From assembly GCA_001789205.1 (NCBI GenBank), contig MFYT01000039.1:85295-149294 (forward strand): DNA of 64,000 bases. The letters run 5' to 3'. Source of the DNA: Candidatus Raymondbacteria bacterium RIFOXYA2_FULL_49_16. GTDB taxonomy: Bacteria > Fibrobacterota > OXYB2-FULL-49-7 > XYB2-FULL-49-35. Shown piece after piece: positions 9,742-19,642 of this stretch. Positions within the stretch are counted from its first letter, which is position 1. Every line of letters starts with the position of its first letter. Made by a program: the position numbers and the translations under genes. The notes beneath the pieces were generated by a model. The model saw nothing but the letters and a program-made list of their open reading frames with translations, did no database searches and was not told where the DNA came from.

Positions 9742-10719
9742 CTATTTTTTTCGCGCAACCTCGGACGGGAGCATGCCGAACCGGTGCCTGAAGAGTTTGG
9801 CGAAATACGATGAATGGTTGATGCCAACGCGATAGTGGACCTCGGTCACATTCATGTCCGTGGTCTTCAGTAATTCCATGGCCTTGTCGATCCGGAAATC
9901 ATTCAAATATTGGATGAAATTCGTTCCCGTGTCTTTCTTGAAAATCTTGCCCACGTAATCCTCGCTTAGGCCCGCGAAGCGCGCAAGGTCAGAGAGGGAA
10001 ATTTCCTCGGCATAATGGTCGCGGATGCAGGCCATGGCCTTGTTGGTCACAGCGCTGAACTGCTTTGGCACAACAGGGACTTGTTTTTTTCTTTTCCAGC
10101 GCAGCAAAATAGCAATGAACGCAATGACTGTGGCTGCCACAGGTATGGCCTTTGACCAGGGGATTTTGTGCTGTTTGGGCGCAGTTGTTAGAGGCGCCAG
10201 GGAGTCTCCTGGTACACTATCCGAAGTCTTGAGCGCGATCATGTCTATTTTAGCGCCAACCTCTTTGACTCTAAGAGAAAGCAGATGTTTTCCAAGTTTT
10301 TCAACAATGAAATATGGGGTATTTTTATGGCAGCCGTCGCCGCAGCTTACCTTGGTGGCCCATTGCCATGAGTCCTTTTTATAAAAATAGAGCCCATCTG
10401 TGTAATCTGGATTGTCCGGATTTTTGTTATCAAGCGTGACAAATACCCCGTTATCTCCTGGATTTGTTGCCCAAGTCCTTAAAAAAAGGTAATAGGTGTC
10501 AGCCACAGGCATATCGATGGTGTATTCAATTCTGCCCCTGCTTTCGTAGATGCCGGCAGAAACAATGTATTTTCCTGACGAGGCGTTTTTATACGCGCGT
10601 TCAATGGCCCACCCTGAATTATCGATTCGATTGTAGGTTTCAGCTTCAATGAACAGAGAATTTGTGTCCACGGCATGCAAGACACTGCAAGCAATGAAAA
10701 CGCAGGAAATTACCTTCAT
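9742..10719 (-). CDS. Membrane-anchored AraC-family regulator with carbohydrate-binding-like sensor domain
   Basis: Signal peptide; FIEAETY (CBM6/35-like start); TM followed by RWKRKK; C-terminal AraC HTH. Confidence 0.85.
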   Translation of the reverse strand: MKVISCVFIACSVLHAVDTNSLFIEAETYNRIDNSGWAIERAYKNASSGKYIVSAGIYESRGRIEYTIDMPVADTYYLFLRTWATNPGDNGVFVTLDNKNPDNPDYTDGLYFYKKDSWQWATKVSCGDGCHKNTPYFIVEKLGKHLLSLRVKEVGAKIDMIALKTSDSVPGDSLAPLTTAPKQHKIPWSKAIPVAATVIAFIAILLRWKRKKQVPVVPKQFSAVTNKAMACIRDHYAEEISLSDLARFAGLSEDYVGKIFKKDTGTNFIQYLNDFRIDKAMELLKTTDMNVTEVHYRVGINHSSYFAKLFRHRFGMLPSEVARKK

Positions 10720-10740
10720 CCTGGAATTTCCTCTATTAAT
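10648..10740. repeat. 93-bp direct repeat, copy 1 (5' end and RBS of the AraC gene)
   Basis: Matches 25230-25322 with 3 mismatches. Confidence 0.95.
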
Positions 10741-10744
10741 TCAT

Positions 10745-11993
10745 CCTCAAAAATGCGTGAAAAAATGCCTTTTCCCTTCTTAAAAATAATATTTCTCCTC
10801 TGGAACCATGTATAAAGAAAAGAATAAAATCTTCTCCGTGAATACCGCCCTAAAAGTATATTATTCACGGGATGCCGAAATCGATTCAAAAAGTACGGTT
10901 TTCATTCGAGGAAACGGGCCTAACCCACTTTGGCGGGATGTGGCTTATTCAGAGTTTTTGCAAGTTGCTCGGTTTACGCCAGCGTCTTTACGATTATGTT
11001 CGACGTCCCCAAAGAAACCACTTTTACAGTTCCACCGAGTTCATTCTGGCGTTGCTTTATTCCATAATCATGGGACTTCGACGTATCAACAAGACTGATA
11101 TTCGATTTGGACTCTACGGTTATAGTCATTTACGGGGAGCAGCAGAAAGGGGCTGTTGGATACAATCCGAAGAAGCCCGGACGGAGGTCCTATCATCCGC
11201 TTCTATGTTTCGAGGCAAATTTTCAGGAATTCTGGCACGGCAGTCTTCGTCCTGGGAACACAGTGGCCATGACAGGAGCGATACCGTTCATTCGGCGGTG
11301 TCTGGAGAAAGTTTCTTCCACGATATCACGGAGCCGGATACGGTTTCGTATGGACTCTGGTTTTTATTCCAACCGCATCACCAACTATCTGGACGCGCTG
11401 GGATGCGGTTATGTCATTGTCGCCAAGGAATACGCGACCATCAAAGCGCCATGCGTACGCATGCCGGTTCAAAAAGCTCGGCAATGGGTGGGAGGCCGGA
11501 GAATTCTGGGAGAAAGTTCGGCATGTGGACAAGAAAGAGCGCCGTTTCGTTGTGGTGCGACGTCCCATTCCTTCCGACGAGGAGGAGAACCGGCAACTGA
11601 CCTTGTTTAAGCACCAGAAATATGTGTATCATGTTTTCGTGACCAATCTACCGATCAGTCCATGGCGAGTGTATCTGTTTTACAGTCCGCGAGCAACCAT
11701 CGAGAAAAACATACGGGAACTCATGTACGATTACCCCTTGGGCAAGATACCGACGAAAGATTGGACGGCAAATGTGGCGTTCTTCCAGTTGGTTTTGTTT
11801 GCGGCAAATATCGCTCACTGGTTCAAACGCCTGTGTTTGCCCGAGGATTATCACTACCAGAAGGAATTTCTTCAGGCATTCAAAACAATCGAAGGGTTAC
11901 GGTTACCAGGAAATTTTCGAATTTGCAAAAGACCCGAGAGGTCTCTCTCTATGAAAGACCCGAGAAAATAAGTGTTTTCACGCATTTTTGAGG
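10745..11993 (+). mobile_element. IS1380-family insertion sequence, internally deleted
   Basis: Perfect 19-bp terminal inverted repeats (CCTCAAAAATGCGTGAAAA at 10745-10763 and its reverse complement at 11975-11993) enclose transposase fragments. Confidence 0.88.
10872..11971 (+). pseudogene. IS1380-family DDE transposase pseudogene (three frames)
   Basis: LTHFGG (first frame); DLDSTVIVIYG, GYNPKKPGRRSYHPL and RMDSGFY (second frame); FVTNL...YSPRATIEKNIRE (third frame). Frameshifts near 11100 and 11450. Confidence 0.88.
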
Positions 11994-12307
11994 TTGATAT
12001 GATGTGACACGGTTGAGCGGGAAAGTTTCAATTGGTTGCATGCGCACGTAAAGGCCTTTTCAATCCCTTGGCAGCAGGATTCGCCAGCCTTTTTTTTCTC
12101 AAATCAGGGGTCTTTGCACCGTAAGAAATAATACGTGTGCAGCGCATCATGCACGATCGCAACAGGGATGAAGCCCTTGATTTCATTATCGGCTGTATCG
12201 GCACGAAGGTAAGGGAGATACTTAACAAACCCCCCTGAAAGCCCGTGTTCAAGCTTCCCGCTTCGGGAAGGAGAATCAGAAGGCCGATGCAGTAACGGCG
12301 TCTAACA

Positions 12308-12970
12308 TTAGGAACATGTTAAATTTCCATCCACAATTTTCACCGTTCGTTGCGCCAATTTCGCAATATTAGGGTCATGGGTTATCATTACAACAGTCGT
12401 GCCTGCCGCATGCTGGAGCTGTATGATATGCATCACCTCTTTCCCGGTATCAGGGTCGAGATTTCCCGTCGGCTCATCAGCGAGAATAAGCCGCGGCTTT
12501 TTGACCAGGGCACGCGCAAGAGCGACCCGTTGTTGCTGCCCTATGCTTAACTCGGACGGCAGATGGTCTTTTCTGTCGGTCAGGTCGACTTCCTCAAGAA
12601 TACTCTCGATGCTTTGTGTACTCGTCAATTCTTTGTTTGCAAGAGAAAGTCCTACGCTGACATTTTCGAACACTGTCAAATAGGGTACCAGATTAAACGA
12701 TTGAAAAACGAACCCGACGCTAGACCCACGCCACTGAGAGCGCTTTGTAATTTTCCAATCATAAATGGATTGATTTTGCCACATGACGGCGCCTTCATCG
12801 GGATGGCTCATTCCGCCAAGGGCAAGAAGAAGCGTGCTTTTGCCGCTTCCACTGGGGCCTACTATGGCCACAAATTCGCCTTCCTTTATTTCGAGGGAAG
12901 CTTTATCGAGCGCTTTTACCGTGCCATGTTTGCGTTTGAATATTCTGGATACGGATGCTGCTTTAAGCAT
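12308..12970 (-). CDS. ABC transporter ATP-binding protein (LolD/MacB-type)
   Basis: GPSGSGKST, LSIGQQQRVALAR, ILADEPTGNLD. Confidence 0.93.
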   Translation of the reverse strand: MLKAASVSRIFKRKHGTVKALDKASLEIKEGEFVAIVGPSGSGKSTLLLALGGMSHPDEGAVMWQNQSIYDWKITKRSQWRGSSVGFVFQSFNLVPYLTVFENVSVGLSLANKELTSTQSIESILEEVDLTDRKDHLPSELSIGQQQRVALARALVKKPRLILADEPTGNLDPDTGKEVMHIIQLQHAAGTTVVMITHDPNIAKLAQRTVKIVDGNLTCS

Positions 12971-12974
12971 TGGT

Positions 12975-14192
12975 TTAGTCCTCTTTCATGATGAGTGATG
13001 GATCTACCTTTGTGGCGCTGATAGCCGGAACGGCGCTGGCCAACAAAGCGATTACCGTTGAAATTATCATACTGTAAACAGCATATACGGGCAGGGGTAA
13101 AACGGGTACGCCGGCAATTCGAGGGCCGAGGATCGTTGCCATGGAGGAACCGAGAATGTATCCGATGATTCCACCGATAAGACCGATTATCAAAGCTTTA
13201 AGCAGGAACAATTTCAGAATCCATTGTGAGTTCGCACCCATGGCCATATAGATGCCTATTTCTCTGCGCCGCTCATACACGTTCGCGAACATATAGTTGG
13301 CAATGCTTGCGCCGCCCACCACCAGAATCACCACGAGCATGATAAGGGAAATACGTTTCATGACCGTGTTTGCTCTGATTTGCGTTGAAACAATCTGGCT
13401 GATTGTGACCACTTTGGCATCGGGAAGCAGTTTATTTATCTGCTGGATCAGCCCTGTTGAAATAGCCGAACAGCAGCCCACAATTTCGATGGAATGCAAA
13501 ACAGAATCTTTTCCGGAGAGTTTCTGTACGGTATGCAAATGAGCGAAAAGACGGCCGTCATCGACTGTCCCGGTAATCGGCAATATGGCTTCTGCGACAA
13601 ACCTCTTGCCGAGTACGGTCAATGAATCACCCTCTTTGATGGCAAGCGACCTGGCGATGTCTGCGCCTACAAGCATGGCATTGAGGGCAAGGTCTTCGAT
13701 GACTCGTTTGCGGACAAGAGTTTTTGTCGTGTCTGTAATACCAGGGATATTCGCAGTAATTCCGCAGCTTTGCGGCTTTGCAAATACCCCAAGGGTCGTT
13801 TGCCATGTCGCCTTTGACTTAAACTCGTTTCGAGGCAGAATTCCGGTTAGTGTGGCCTTCCGGGCTCCAACTTCAACTGGCATGCTGAATTTTGGCGAGA
13901 GGTTGTCAAGTCCCTGTATGCCTGAACTGGTCAGGATTGACACATAGCTTTCTGGGATTTCCGACTGTTGGAAATCCGCGCTATAGTAATCCTGCACAGT
14001 AGCATCCTTGGCCAGCAGTAGAATGTTCGCGCCCAGCGCGTCAAGTTCACCGGCAACGGCCTTTTCGGAATAATACGTGGTGCTTTGAATGGCGACCATA
14101 ACCGCAATACCGAGCGAGACCGCTGCCAGGCTTGATATCAATTGATTGTTGCGCTGGAATATCTCTCGCAAGACCAGCTGTTTAATATTCAT
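12975..14192 (-). CDS. ABC transporter permease (MacB/FtsX-type)
   Basis: N-terminal TM, periplasmic domain, VYERRREIGIYMAMGA motif and three C-terminal TMs; likely start MNIKQ. Confidence 0.88.
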   Translation of the reverse strand: MNIKQLVLREIFQRNNQLISSLAAVSLGIAVMVAIQSTTYYSEKAVAGELDALGANILLLAKDATVQDYYSADFQQSEIPESYVSILTSSGIQGLDNLSPKFSMPVEVGARKATLTGILPRNEFKSKATWQTTLGVFAKPQSCGITANIPGITDTTKTLVRKRVIEDLALNAMLVGADIARSLAIKEGDSLTVLGKRFVAEAILPITGTVDDGRLFAHLHTVQKLSGKDSVLHSIEIVGCCSAISTGLIQQINKLLPDAKVVTISQIVSTQIRANTVMKRISLIMLVVILVVGGASIANYMFANVYERRREIGIYMAMGANSQWILKLFLLKALIIGLIGGIIGYILGSSMATILGPRIAGVPVLPLPVYAVYSMIISTVIALLASAVPAISATKVDPSLIMKED

Positions 14193-14214
14193 CTTGTGAA
14201 ATTCCTTTTCAGGG

Positions 14215-14949
14215 TTATTTTTTCGGGCAGCAACTGCCGCCAGCGCATGATTGAAGGGCGGCAAGTATGTCCGTCTTAATTACTTTTCCCGTAAGAACTT
14301 TTCCTATTCTGCCGGGCGGTAACAAAACAACAACAGTTGCTTCAGCCAAAGGGGAAATCAATTGACACTGTTTTATGAATTCCTGGCTCCCTTGGGCCGA
14401 TGGGTCGGCCTTTATTGCAGCAACGAATTGCTTGTATTGGGGATCATTTGCAAATTCATTGACTCCTGCCCACGATTCTGCGCTGAATCTGGTTGATGCG
14501 TTTTGAAGCGCCACGAGCGTCACTTTTTGTTTCTGAAGAGGTTTAAGCGTTTTAAGCATCAGGTCCGATACACCCATGCTTTGCTTTAGCTGTTCGGCGG
14601 TTATGGTTTTGGGGAAGCCGCCGGTAACGACGCCATTCGGAGCAAGAACGAGCACTAAGGGCAGGTCACCGCCACTTTTGATGCCATAATTATCCGCAAT
14701 CTGCTTATTGGCCGGATCGCCCAATTTTGCTTTGTAAACAGATGCCTTTTTCGCAGATGATTTATTGAATGTTGTGATGGCGGAAGACATACTCGTGAGT
14801 GCTGCATTCTGCGCTTCGTAAAAGATCAGGCATAGAAATTTGCCTGCAGCAGCTGCCTCGCTGATGGCTGCATTCGCATTGGTAGGTACCGCATAGGAAA
14901 CGGTCCCAAGCATGCATAACACAAATAGTTTGAACATCAACTTTTTCAT
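14215..14949 (-). CDS. Secreted hypothetical protein, possibly tandem thioredoxin-like folds, with Cys-rich C-terminus
   Basis: Signal peptide; ends CAGGSCCPKK; lies within the ars operon. Confidence 0.7.
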   Translation of the reverse strand: MKKLMFKLFVLCMLGTVSYAVPTNANAAISEAAAAGKFLCLIFYEAQNAALTSMSSAITTFNKSSAKKASVYKAKLGDPANKQIADNYGIKSGGDLPLVLVLAPNGVVTGGFPKTITAEQLKQSMGVSDLMLKTLKPLQKQKVTLVALQNASTRFSAESWAGVNEFANDPQYKQFVAAIKADPSAQGSQEFIKQCQLISPLAEATVVVLLPPGRIGKVLTGKVIKTDILAALQSCAGGSCCPKK

Positions 14950-14965
14950 GAATTTTCCTTTTCTT

Positions 14966-16021
14966 TTAATTATTTGCTGATGGAAACCAGTGGGTTGTAC
15001 GGTTTGCTATTCTCACCAGAGTCAACATGACCGGGACCTCAACCAGGACGCCAACGATTGTCGCCAACACCACAGGAGACGAGGTACCGAATAAAGATAT
15101 AGCTACGGCAACAGAAAGCTCAAAAAAATTGGACGCGCCAATCATACCGGCCGGTGCGGCTATATTGTGGCACAGTTTTAATTTTTTGCTACCAAGGTAA
15201 GCGATGAAGAAAATCAGGAAAGTCTGGATTGTCAACGGAATAGCGATTAGAACAATATGCAAGGGCTTGTTTACAATAACATTCCCCTGGAAAGAGAAAA
15301 TGATAATTAGGGTCAGCAGGAGACCGCCAATCGTCGCATTGTTGAACTTTTTAATAAATATGTTGATGAAATACTCTTCTCCTTTTGCCTTAATGACGCT
15401 TGTCCTGGTCAGTATTCCTCCCACCAACGGAATCACTACAAAAAGCAGAACAGACATTAATAATGTGGCCCAGGGAATGGTTATTCCACCGATTCCAAGC
15501 AGCAGTGCAACGATCGGGGTGAATGCAAACAAAATAATGAGATCGTTGGTTGCCACCTGAACAACCGTATAGGCTGGATTTCCCCTTGTCAAATGACTCC
15601 ACACGAAAACCATGGCCGTGCACGGCGCTGCACCCAGAAGAATTGCTCCTGCAAGATATTCCTTGGCAAGATAGGCCGGAATCAATGCCTTAAAAATTAC
15701 AAAAAAGAAGAACCAGGCTATTGCATACATGGTAAAGGGCTTGATTAACCAATTAGTCACCCACGTTATATACAGCCCCTTTGGATTTTTTCCCACATTC
15801 TTTATGCTAGCAAAATCGACCTTCATCATCATGGGATAAATCATAAGCCAAATCAGGATCGCAATCGGAATGGAGACATTAGCATATTCAAATTGGCCTA
15901 GAAAGGCGGGGATGCCCGGTAAAAACTTGCCGATGAGCACACCGGTTATCATGCAAAGGATGACCCAAAGTGTCAGATACTTTTCAAAGAAACCAATACC
16001 CACGGTTTTATTTTCCGCCAT
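14966..16021 (-). CDS. acr3: ACR3-family arsenite efflux transporter
   Basis: FFEKYLTLWV, IYPMM, NWLIKPF, GAAPCTAMVFVWS, GASNFFELSVA, GVLVEVPVML. Confidence 0.95.
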   Translation of the reverse strand: MAENKTVGIGFFEKYLTLWVILCMITGVLIGKFLPGIPAFLGQFEYANVSIPIAILIWLMIYPMMMKVDFASIKNVGKNPKGLYITWVTNWLIKPFTMYAIAWFFFFVIFKALIPAYLAKEYLAGAILLGAAPCTAMVFVWSHLTRGNPAYTVVQVATNDLIILFAFTPIVALLLGIGGITIPWATLLMSVLLFVVIPLVGGILTRTSVIKAKGEEYFINIFIKKFNNATIGGLLLTLIIIFSFQGNVIVNKPLHIVLIAIPLTIQTFLIFFIAYLGSKKLKLCHNIAAPAGMIGASNFFELSVAVAISLFGTSSPVVLATIVGVLVEVPVMLTLVRIANRTTHWFPSANN

Positions 16022-16046
16022 ACGTTTCAAGACTCCTTTCCACGGT

Positions 16047-16490
16047 TTATAGGGTATTCAAAATATCCGGAAGCTTTTCCACAAATCCTCGAATCTCGTC
16101 CCGGACCCTGCTATAATGGATGAGCGCTTCCTCTTCTGTTTTGGCGTTTTTGGCCAGGGAAGGGGGATCGTCAAACCCCATGTGCATATGTCTGGCTTTA
16201 CCGGGAAAAAAGGGGCACGCCTCGCGCGCATTATCACACAAGGTAATTACGTAATCAAAGGGGACAGACATAACTTCGGTCATGTCCTTTGACCGTTGAA
16301 GCGATATGTCAATTCCATTTTCCGCCATTGCACGAACGGCACGGGGATCGAGGCCGTGTGCCACGACGCCAGCGGAATAGGGTTCAATTGACTCTCCTTT
16401 CAGGTGGCGCGCAAGACCTTCTGCCATCTGGCTCCGGCAGGAATTTCCAGTACAGAGAAACAGTATTTTTATCTTTTTGGTTTCGGGCAT
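16047..16490 (-). CDS. arsC: Arsenate reductase (LMW-PTP, thioredoxin-coupled)
   Basis: LFLCTGNSCRSQMAEG, ITLC...CPFFPG, FDDP. Confidence 0.93.
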   Translation of the reverse strand: MPETKKIKILFLCTGNSCRSQMAEGLARHLKGESIEPYSAGVVAHGLDPRAVRAMAENGIDISLQRSKDMTEVMSVPFDYVITLCDNAREACPFFPGKARHMHMGFDDPPSLAKNAKTEEEALIHYSRVRDEIRGFVEKLPDILNTL

Positions 16491-16825
16491 ATGTTGTCCT
16501 TGATACTTTTTGGAATGCGCACCCCGCAGCACGAATCCTTGTCAACGCAGCGGCCAAGATGGTTTGAAAGCCATTCCAGGATACTTTTGACAGCCGGGGT
16601 TGTTCCCTTCTTTGCCAGTTTATAGTAAATCCATTTTTCATCCCTGCGGCTTTCCACCAGACCTGCGGCCTTAAGTATGCTCATGTGCTTTGATACGGTC
16701 GAAGGCGCAAGCTTCAGGAACTCCACAATCTGGCACACGCACACTTCACGGCCACAAAGCACCATCAGGGCCTTGATCCTGTTTTCATCAGAGAGCGCTT
16801 TGGCTATTGAAACAATTTCTTTCAT
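16469..16825 (-). CDS. arsR: ArsR/SmtB metalloregulator
   Basis: KALSDENR, EVCVCQI, STVSKHMSILK; Cys-rich tail. Confidence 0.9.
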   Translation of the reverse strand: MKEIVSIAKALSDENRIKALMVLCGREVCVCQIVEFLKLAPSTVSKHMSILKAAGLVESRRDEKWIYYKLAKKGTTPAVKSILEWLSNHLGRCVDKDSCCGVRIPKSIKDNICPKPKR

Positions 16826-16833
16826 AAATATCC

Positions 16834-17637
16834 TTATGATTTCTCTCCGTACACGGTAATACTTACTATCTTGGCGCTGCTGCGGACCTCTTTCAGGTCC
16901 TTTTCATTCATATATTGAAGCAACAAATCGTCTGGAATATCAATGTTCTTTTCGCTGCTTATGGATATATTTCCGAAACCGGCGTCTTTTATGATTTGAA
17001 GATATTCTTTCTTTGAAACCGCTCCTGAGATGCAACCCGCATACAGTTCCGCAACTGTTCTCAACTTTGCCGGAAGCTCACCTTCAATGACAATATCGGA
17101 AATGTTGAAATGCCCGTCTTTTTTTAATACCCGAATAATTTCTCCAAAGGCCTTCCTTTTATCGGGAACCAGGTTGAGCACGCAGTTACTGATCACCACA
17201 TCGGCGACAGCATCATCAACCGGAAGCTTTTCTATTTCACCCAGACGGAATTCAACATTATCATAGCCCATCTTTGCATTATTCTTTTTGGCTTTGCCTA
17301 TCATTTCTTCGGTCATGTCTATGCCAATCACATAGCCCGTCTCGCCGACCATGCGGCGAACGATAAAGCAGTCGTTTCCGGCGCCCGAACCAAGGTCAAT
17401 GACCGTTGCGCCCTTTTTGATTTTTGCCGATTCCACGGGTATGCCGCATCCAAGTCCAAGGTCCGCCTCGGGAACATACCCGTCGAGCTTTGAGTAATCC
17501 TGGCTGAACACGGTGTAATCAACCTCTCCGGATCCGCAACACCCCGAAGAGCAGCAGGAACTTTTCTTTGTTTCCGAGGCTTTTGCGATAGTGCCGTATT
17601 TTTCCCGTACCATTGTTTTGATTGAATCAGAACTCAT
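16834..17637 (-). CDS. arsM: Arsenite S-adenosylmethionine methyltransferase
   Basis: CCSSGCC, LGLGCGIP, DLGSGAGND, ISNCVLNL, GCISGA. Confidence 0.93.
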   Translation of the reverse strand: MSSDSIKTMVREKYGTIAKASETKKSSCCSSGCCGSGEVDYTVFSQDYSKLDGYVPEADLGLGCGIPVESAKIKKGATVIDLGSGAGNDCFIVRRMVGETGYVIGIDMTEEMIGKAKKNNAKMGYDNVEFRLGEIEKLPVDDAVADVVISNCVLNLVPDKRKAFGEIIRVLKKDGHFNISDIVIEGELPAKLRTVAELYAGCISGAVSKKEYLQIIKDAGFGNISISSEKNIDIPDDLLLQYMNEKDLKEVRSSAKIVSITVYGEKS

Positions 17638-17653
17638 TTTTACCCCCATTTAT

Positions 17654-17683
17654 TATTTCGTTATTTCGACACATAACGAAATA
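17654..17683. promoter_or_regulatory. Probable ArsR operator overlapping the arsM promoter
   Basis: 11-bp inverted repeat TATTTCGTTAT-N8-ATAACGAAATA; overlaps a minus-strand TTGATT-N17-TATATT promoter. Confidence 0.7.
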
Positions 17684-17720
17684 TACAAGATTCGGAAAGC
17701 AAAATCAAGCTCTCTGGTTC

Positions 17721-18881
17721 TTAGAACATTGCTTTCACCCTGAATTCAACCTTGTGCTTCGCAAGTTTTGAACCGTATTCGCTCTCCACGTCTCCGGCAA
17801 GGATGATATATCGGGCAGTGAAACCCATGTGCCGGAACCTCGTGTACGTTGCTTCTGCTCCGGCCATCAGGCTGCCATCCTGGATGTTCACAATAGCGTA
17901 GGCAGAGGGCGTCAGATAAACGATTGTGAACGGATCGGGGTGCGATGCTTTCAGATATAAATAGTTTGTCCTGGAAAACTGACCGCTTTCTCCGGCATGC
18001 AGATATTCCATGATGAATGTAGTGTTGAATGAGGCAAGATACCGTGTCCCTGCAACAGCCTCCCACTCAGCCCCTTCTTTAAGCGTCCTGGCATACTCGC
18101 CATGCACCTCCCATTCAGGCGATATGTTGCGGGAAAAATCCACCCCTGCTCTATAGGCAGACCTGCTGTCCCCGTACAAGCACACATCAATGTCCGTATT
18201 GAGCAGGAGAAAATACGCCTGCATTATTCCAGCAAAATTCTTATCCGGCAGGTAACCCTCATTAATCTGCCCGTACACCGGCAGTGCAGCCCCAGTGAAC
18301 GCAGCAGTGGCAAGTGATCCATCATAACTGCGGATGAACTCTGCTTCCGCAGCCCAGTACCCTTCAAGAGACGCGTCAATATCGTTAAGGTCCTTTGGTC
18401 TTCCTGCAAATGCAACCGGGTTGAATGCATACCCCTTGCCCCACTTGAACAGCTTCTTCCCGCCCATCACCGAGAACGCAGGCGCCGGGGAGTATTTTGC
18501 ATAGCACTCATACAAACGCGCGTCGTGGGTTAGGCTAGCGCTGGGACGCACATATCCGCTGCTCAGGACTCCGGCAGCTGTAGCAAGAAGTGCTGTGCGC
18601 TGAAACCGTGCCGAGCCCTCGGCCTTCATGTTGTATGCATCGGAATATCTCACATTGTCCTGTCCGTACTTCAATGCGTATATCGACGACTGCTGGTTGT
18701 ACTGGATGAGCGACGGCCAAAGTTCAATGCTTGCCGCCATTTCCAGGGGCTTTTTTTCCATTGCCGGAATATCGAATGAGTAGTCGTCCGAAGTCAGGGT
18801 ATCACCGGAAACTATGCCGCTCGTAAAAGTACAGGCCAATGCGCCGCACGTGGCAATTAAGCGCCAGAAGTCCCGGTTCAT
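17721..18881 (-). CDS. Putative outer-membrane beta-barrel protein
   Basis: Signal peptide; GKKLFKWGKG; alternating beta-strand pattern; C-terminal Phe. Confidence 0.65.
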   Translation of the reverse strand: MNRDFWRLIATCGALACTFTSGIVSGDTLTSDDYSFDIPAMEKKPLEMAASIELWPSLIQYNQQSSIYALKYGQDNVRYSDAYNMKAEGSARFQRTALLATAAGVLSSGYVRPSASLTHDARLYECYAKYSPAPAFSVMGGKKLFKWGKGYAFNPVAFAGRPKDLNDIDASLEGYWAAEAEFIRSYDGSLATAAFTGAALPVYGQINEGYLPDKNFAGIMQAYFLLLNTDIDVCLYGDSRSAYRAGVDFSRNISPEWEVHGEYARTLKEGAEWEAVAGTRYLASFNTTFIMEYLHAGESGQFSRTNYLYLKASHPDPFTIVYLTPSAYAIVNIQDGSLMAGAEATYTRFRHMGFTARYIILAGDVESEYGSKLAKHKVEFRVKAMF

Positions 18882-18888
18882 CCCCTGT

Positions 18889-19626
18889 TTACTCCCTCAG
18901 TTCGCCGATCTTTGACATGTAGTTAATGCTGAATACCTCGTCGCTGAATTTCTTTCGCTTGATCTTCGCGTAGACCATTATAGATTTGTATCCCTTATAC
19001 AGCGGGCTGTCTGTTTCAATAACCGACGGCCGTTTAATGCCTGCGCCGAAATCCTTTGTTTCCTTGAAATACAGCGTTTTAATCAGCATGCCCGCTTCGG
19101 TCATGCACTCAATTTTAATTGGTAGCAATTCCTTTTTCGCAGCCCATAACCGTAATCGGTCATACGCAACGCTTCTTGTCCTCGCCTTTAGGGTAAACAA
19201 ATAGGTCCCTGCCGTATCCAGCATTTGCGCAACCTCGTACTCGGCTGAAAAATCGATACGCAGGATATCCGCGTTGTTGAACACGCCGCCGGTCGCGGAC
19301 TGCAGGCTTGTGATCCGCACGGGTTTTCCCACATTCGGGATATAGAGCCACATATTGTCGCCAAGCCGGAGCATGGAACGATCCTTGTCCGCAGGCGGCG
19401 AAAGAAAGACCCCGGCCACCTTGTCGTTGCCTTTTCTTACCATATAAAGCAAAAATTCTTTCTTTTTTCCATCAGGCTCCACATTGATCAGTTTCCGGTA
19501 CATTTCATATGAATCCGGTTCGAGGTTTCTGTCTATTTTCTGGAGCAATGCGGCCGGATCTTCTGCAAAAATAAGAATTGCGGGTAACAAAACAGCGATG
19601 ATGGTTATTGCATAACGTTGGATCAT
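18889..19626 (-). CDS. Outer-membrane lipoprotein-sorting (LolA-like) protein
   Basis: FLSPPADKDRSML...MWLYIP...PVRI motif; signal peptide. Confidence 0.8.
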   Translation of the reverse strand: MIQRYAITIIAVLLPAILIFAEDPAALLQKIDRNLEPDSYEMYRKLINVEPDGKKKEFLLYMVRKGNDKVAGVFLSPPADKDRSMLRLGDNMWLYIPNVGKPVRITSLQSATGGVFNNADILRIDFSAEYEVAQMLDTAGTYLFTLKARTRSVAYDRLRLWAAKKELLPIKIECMTEAGMLIKTLYFKETKDFGAGIKRPSVIETDSPLYKGYKSIMVYAKIKRKKFSDEVFSINYMSKIGELRE

Positions 19627-19642
19627 GGTCTATTCCTTTTCC

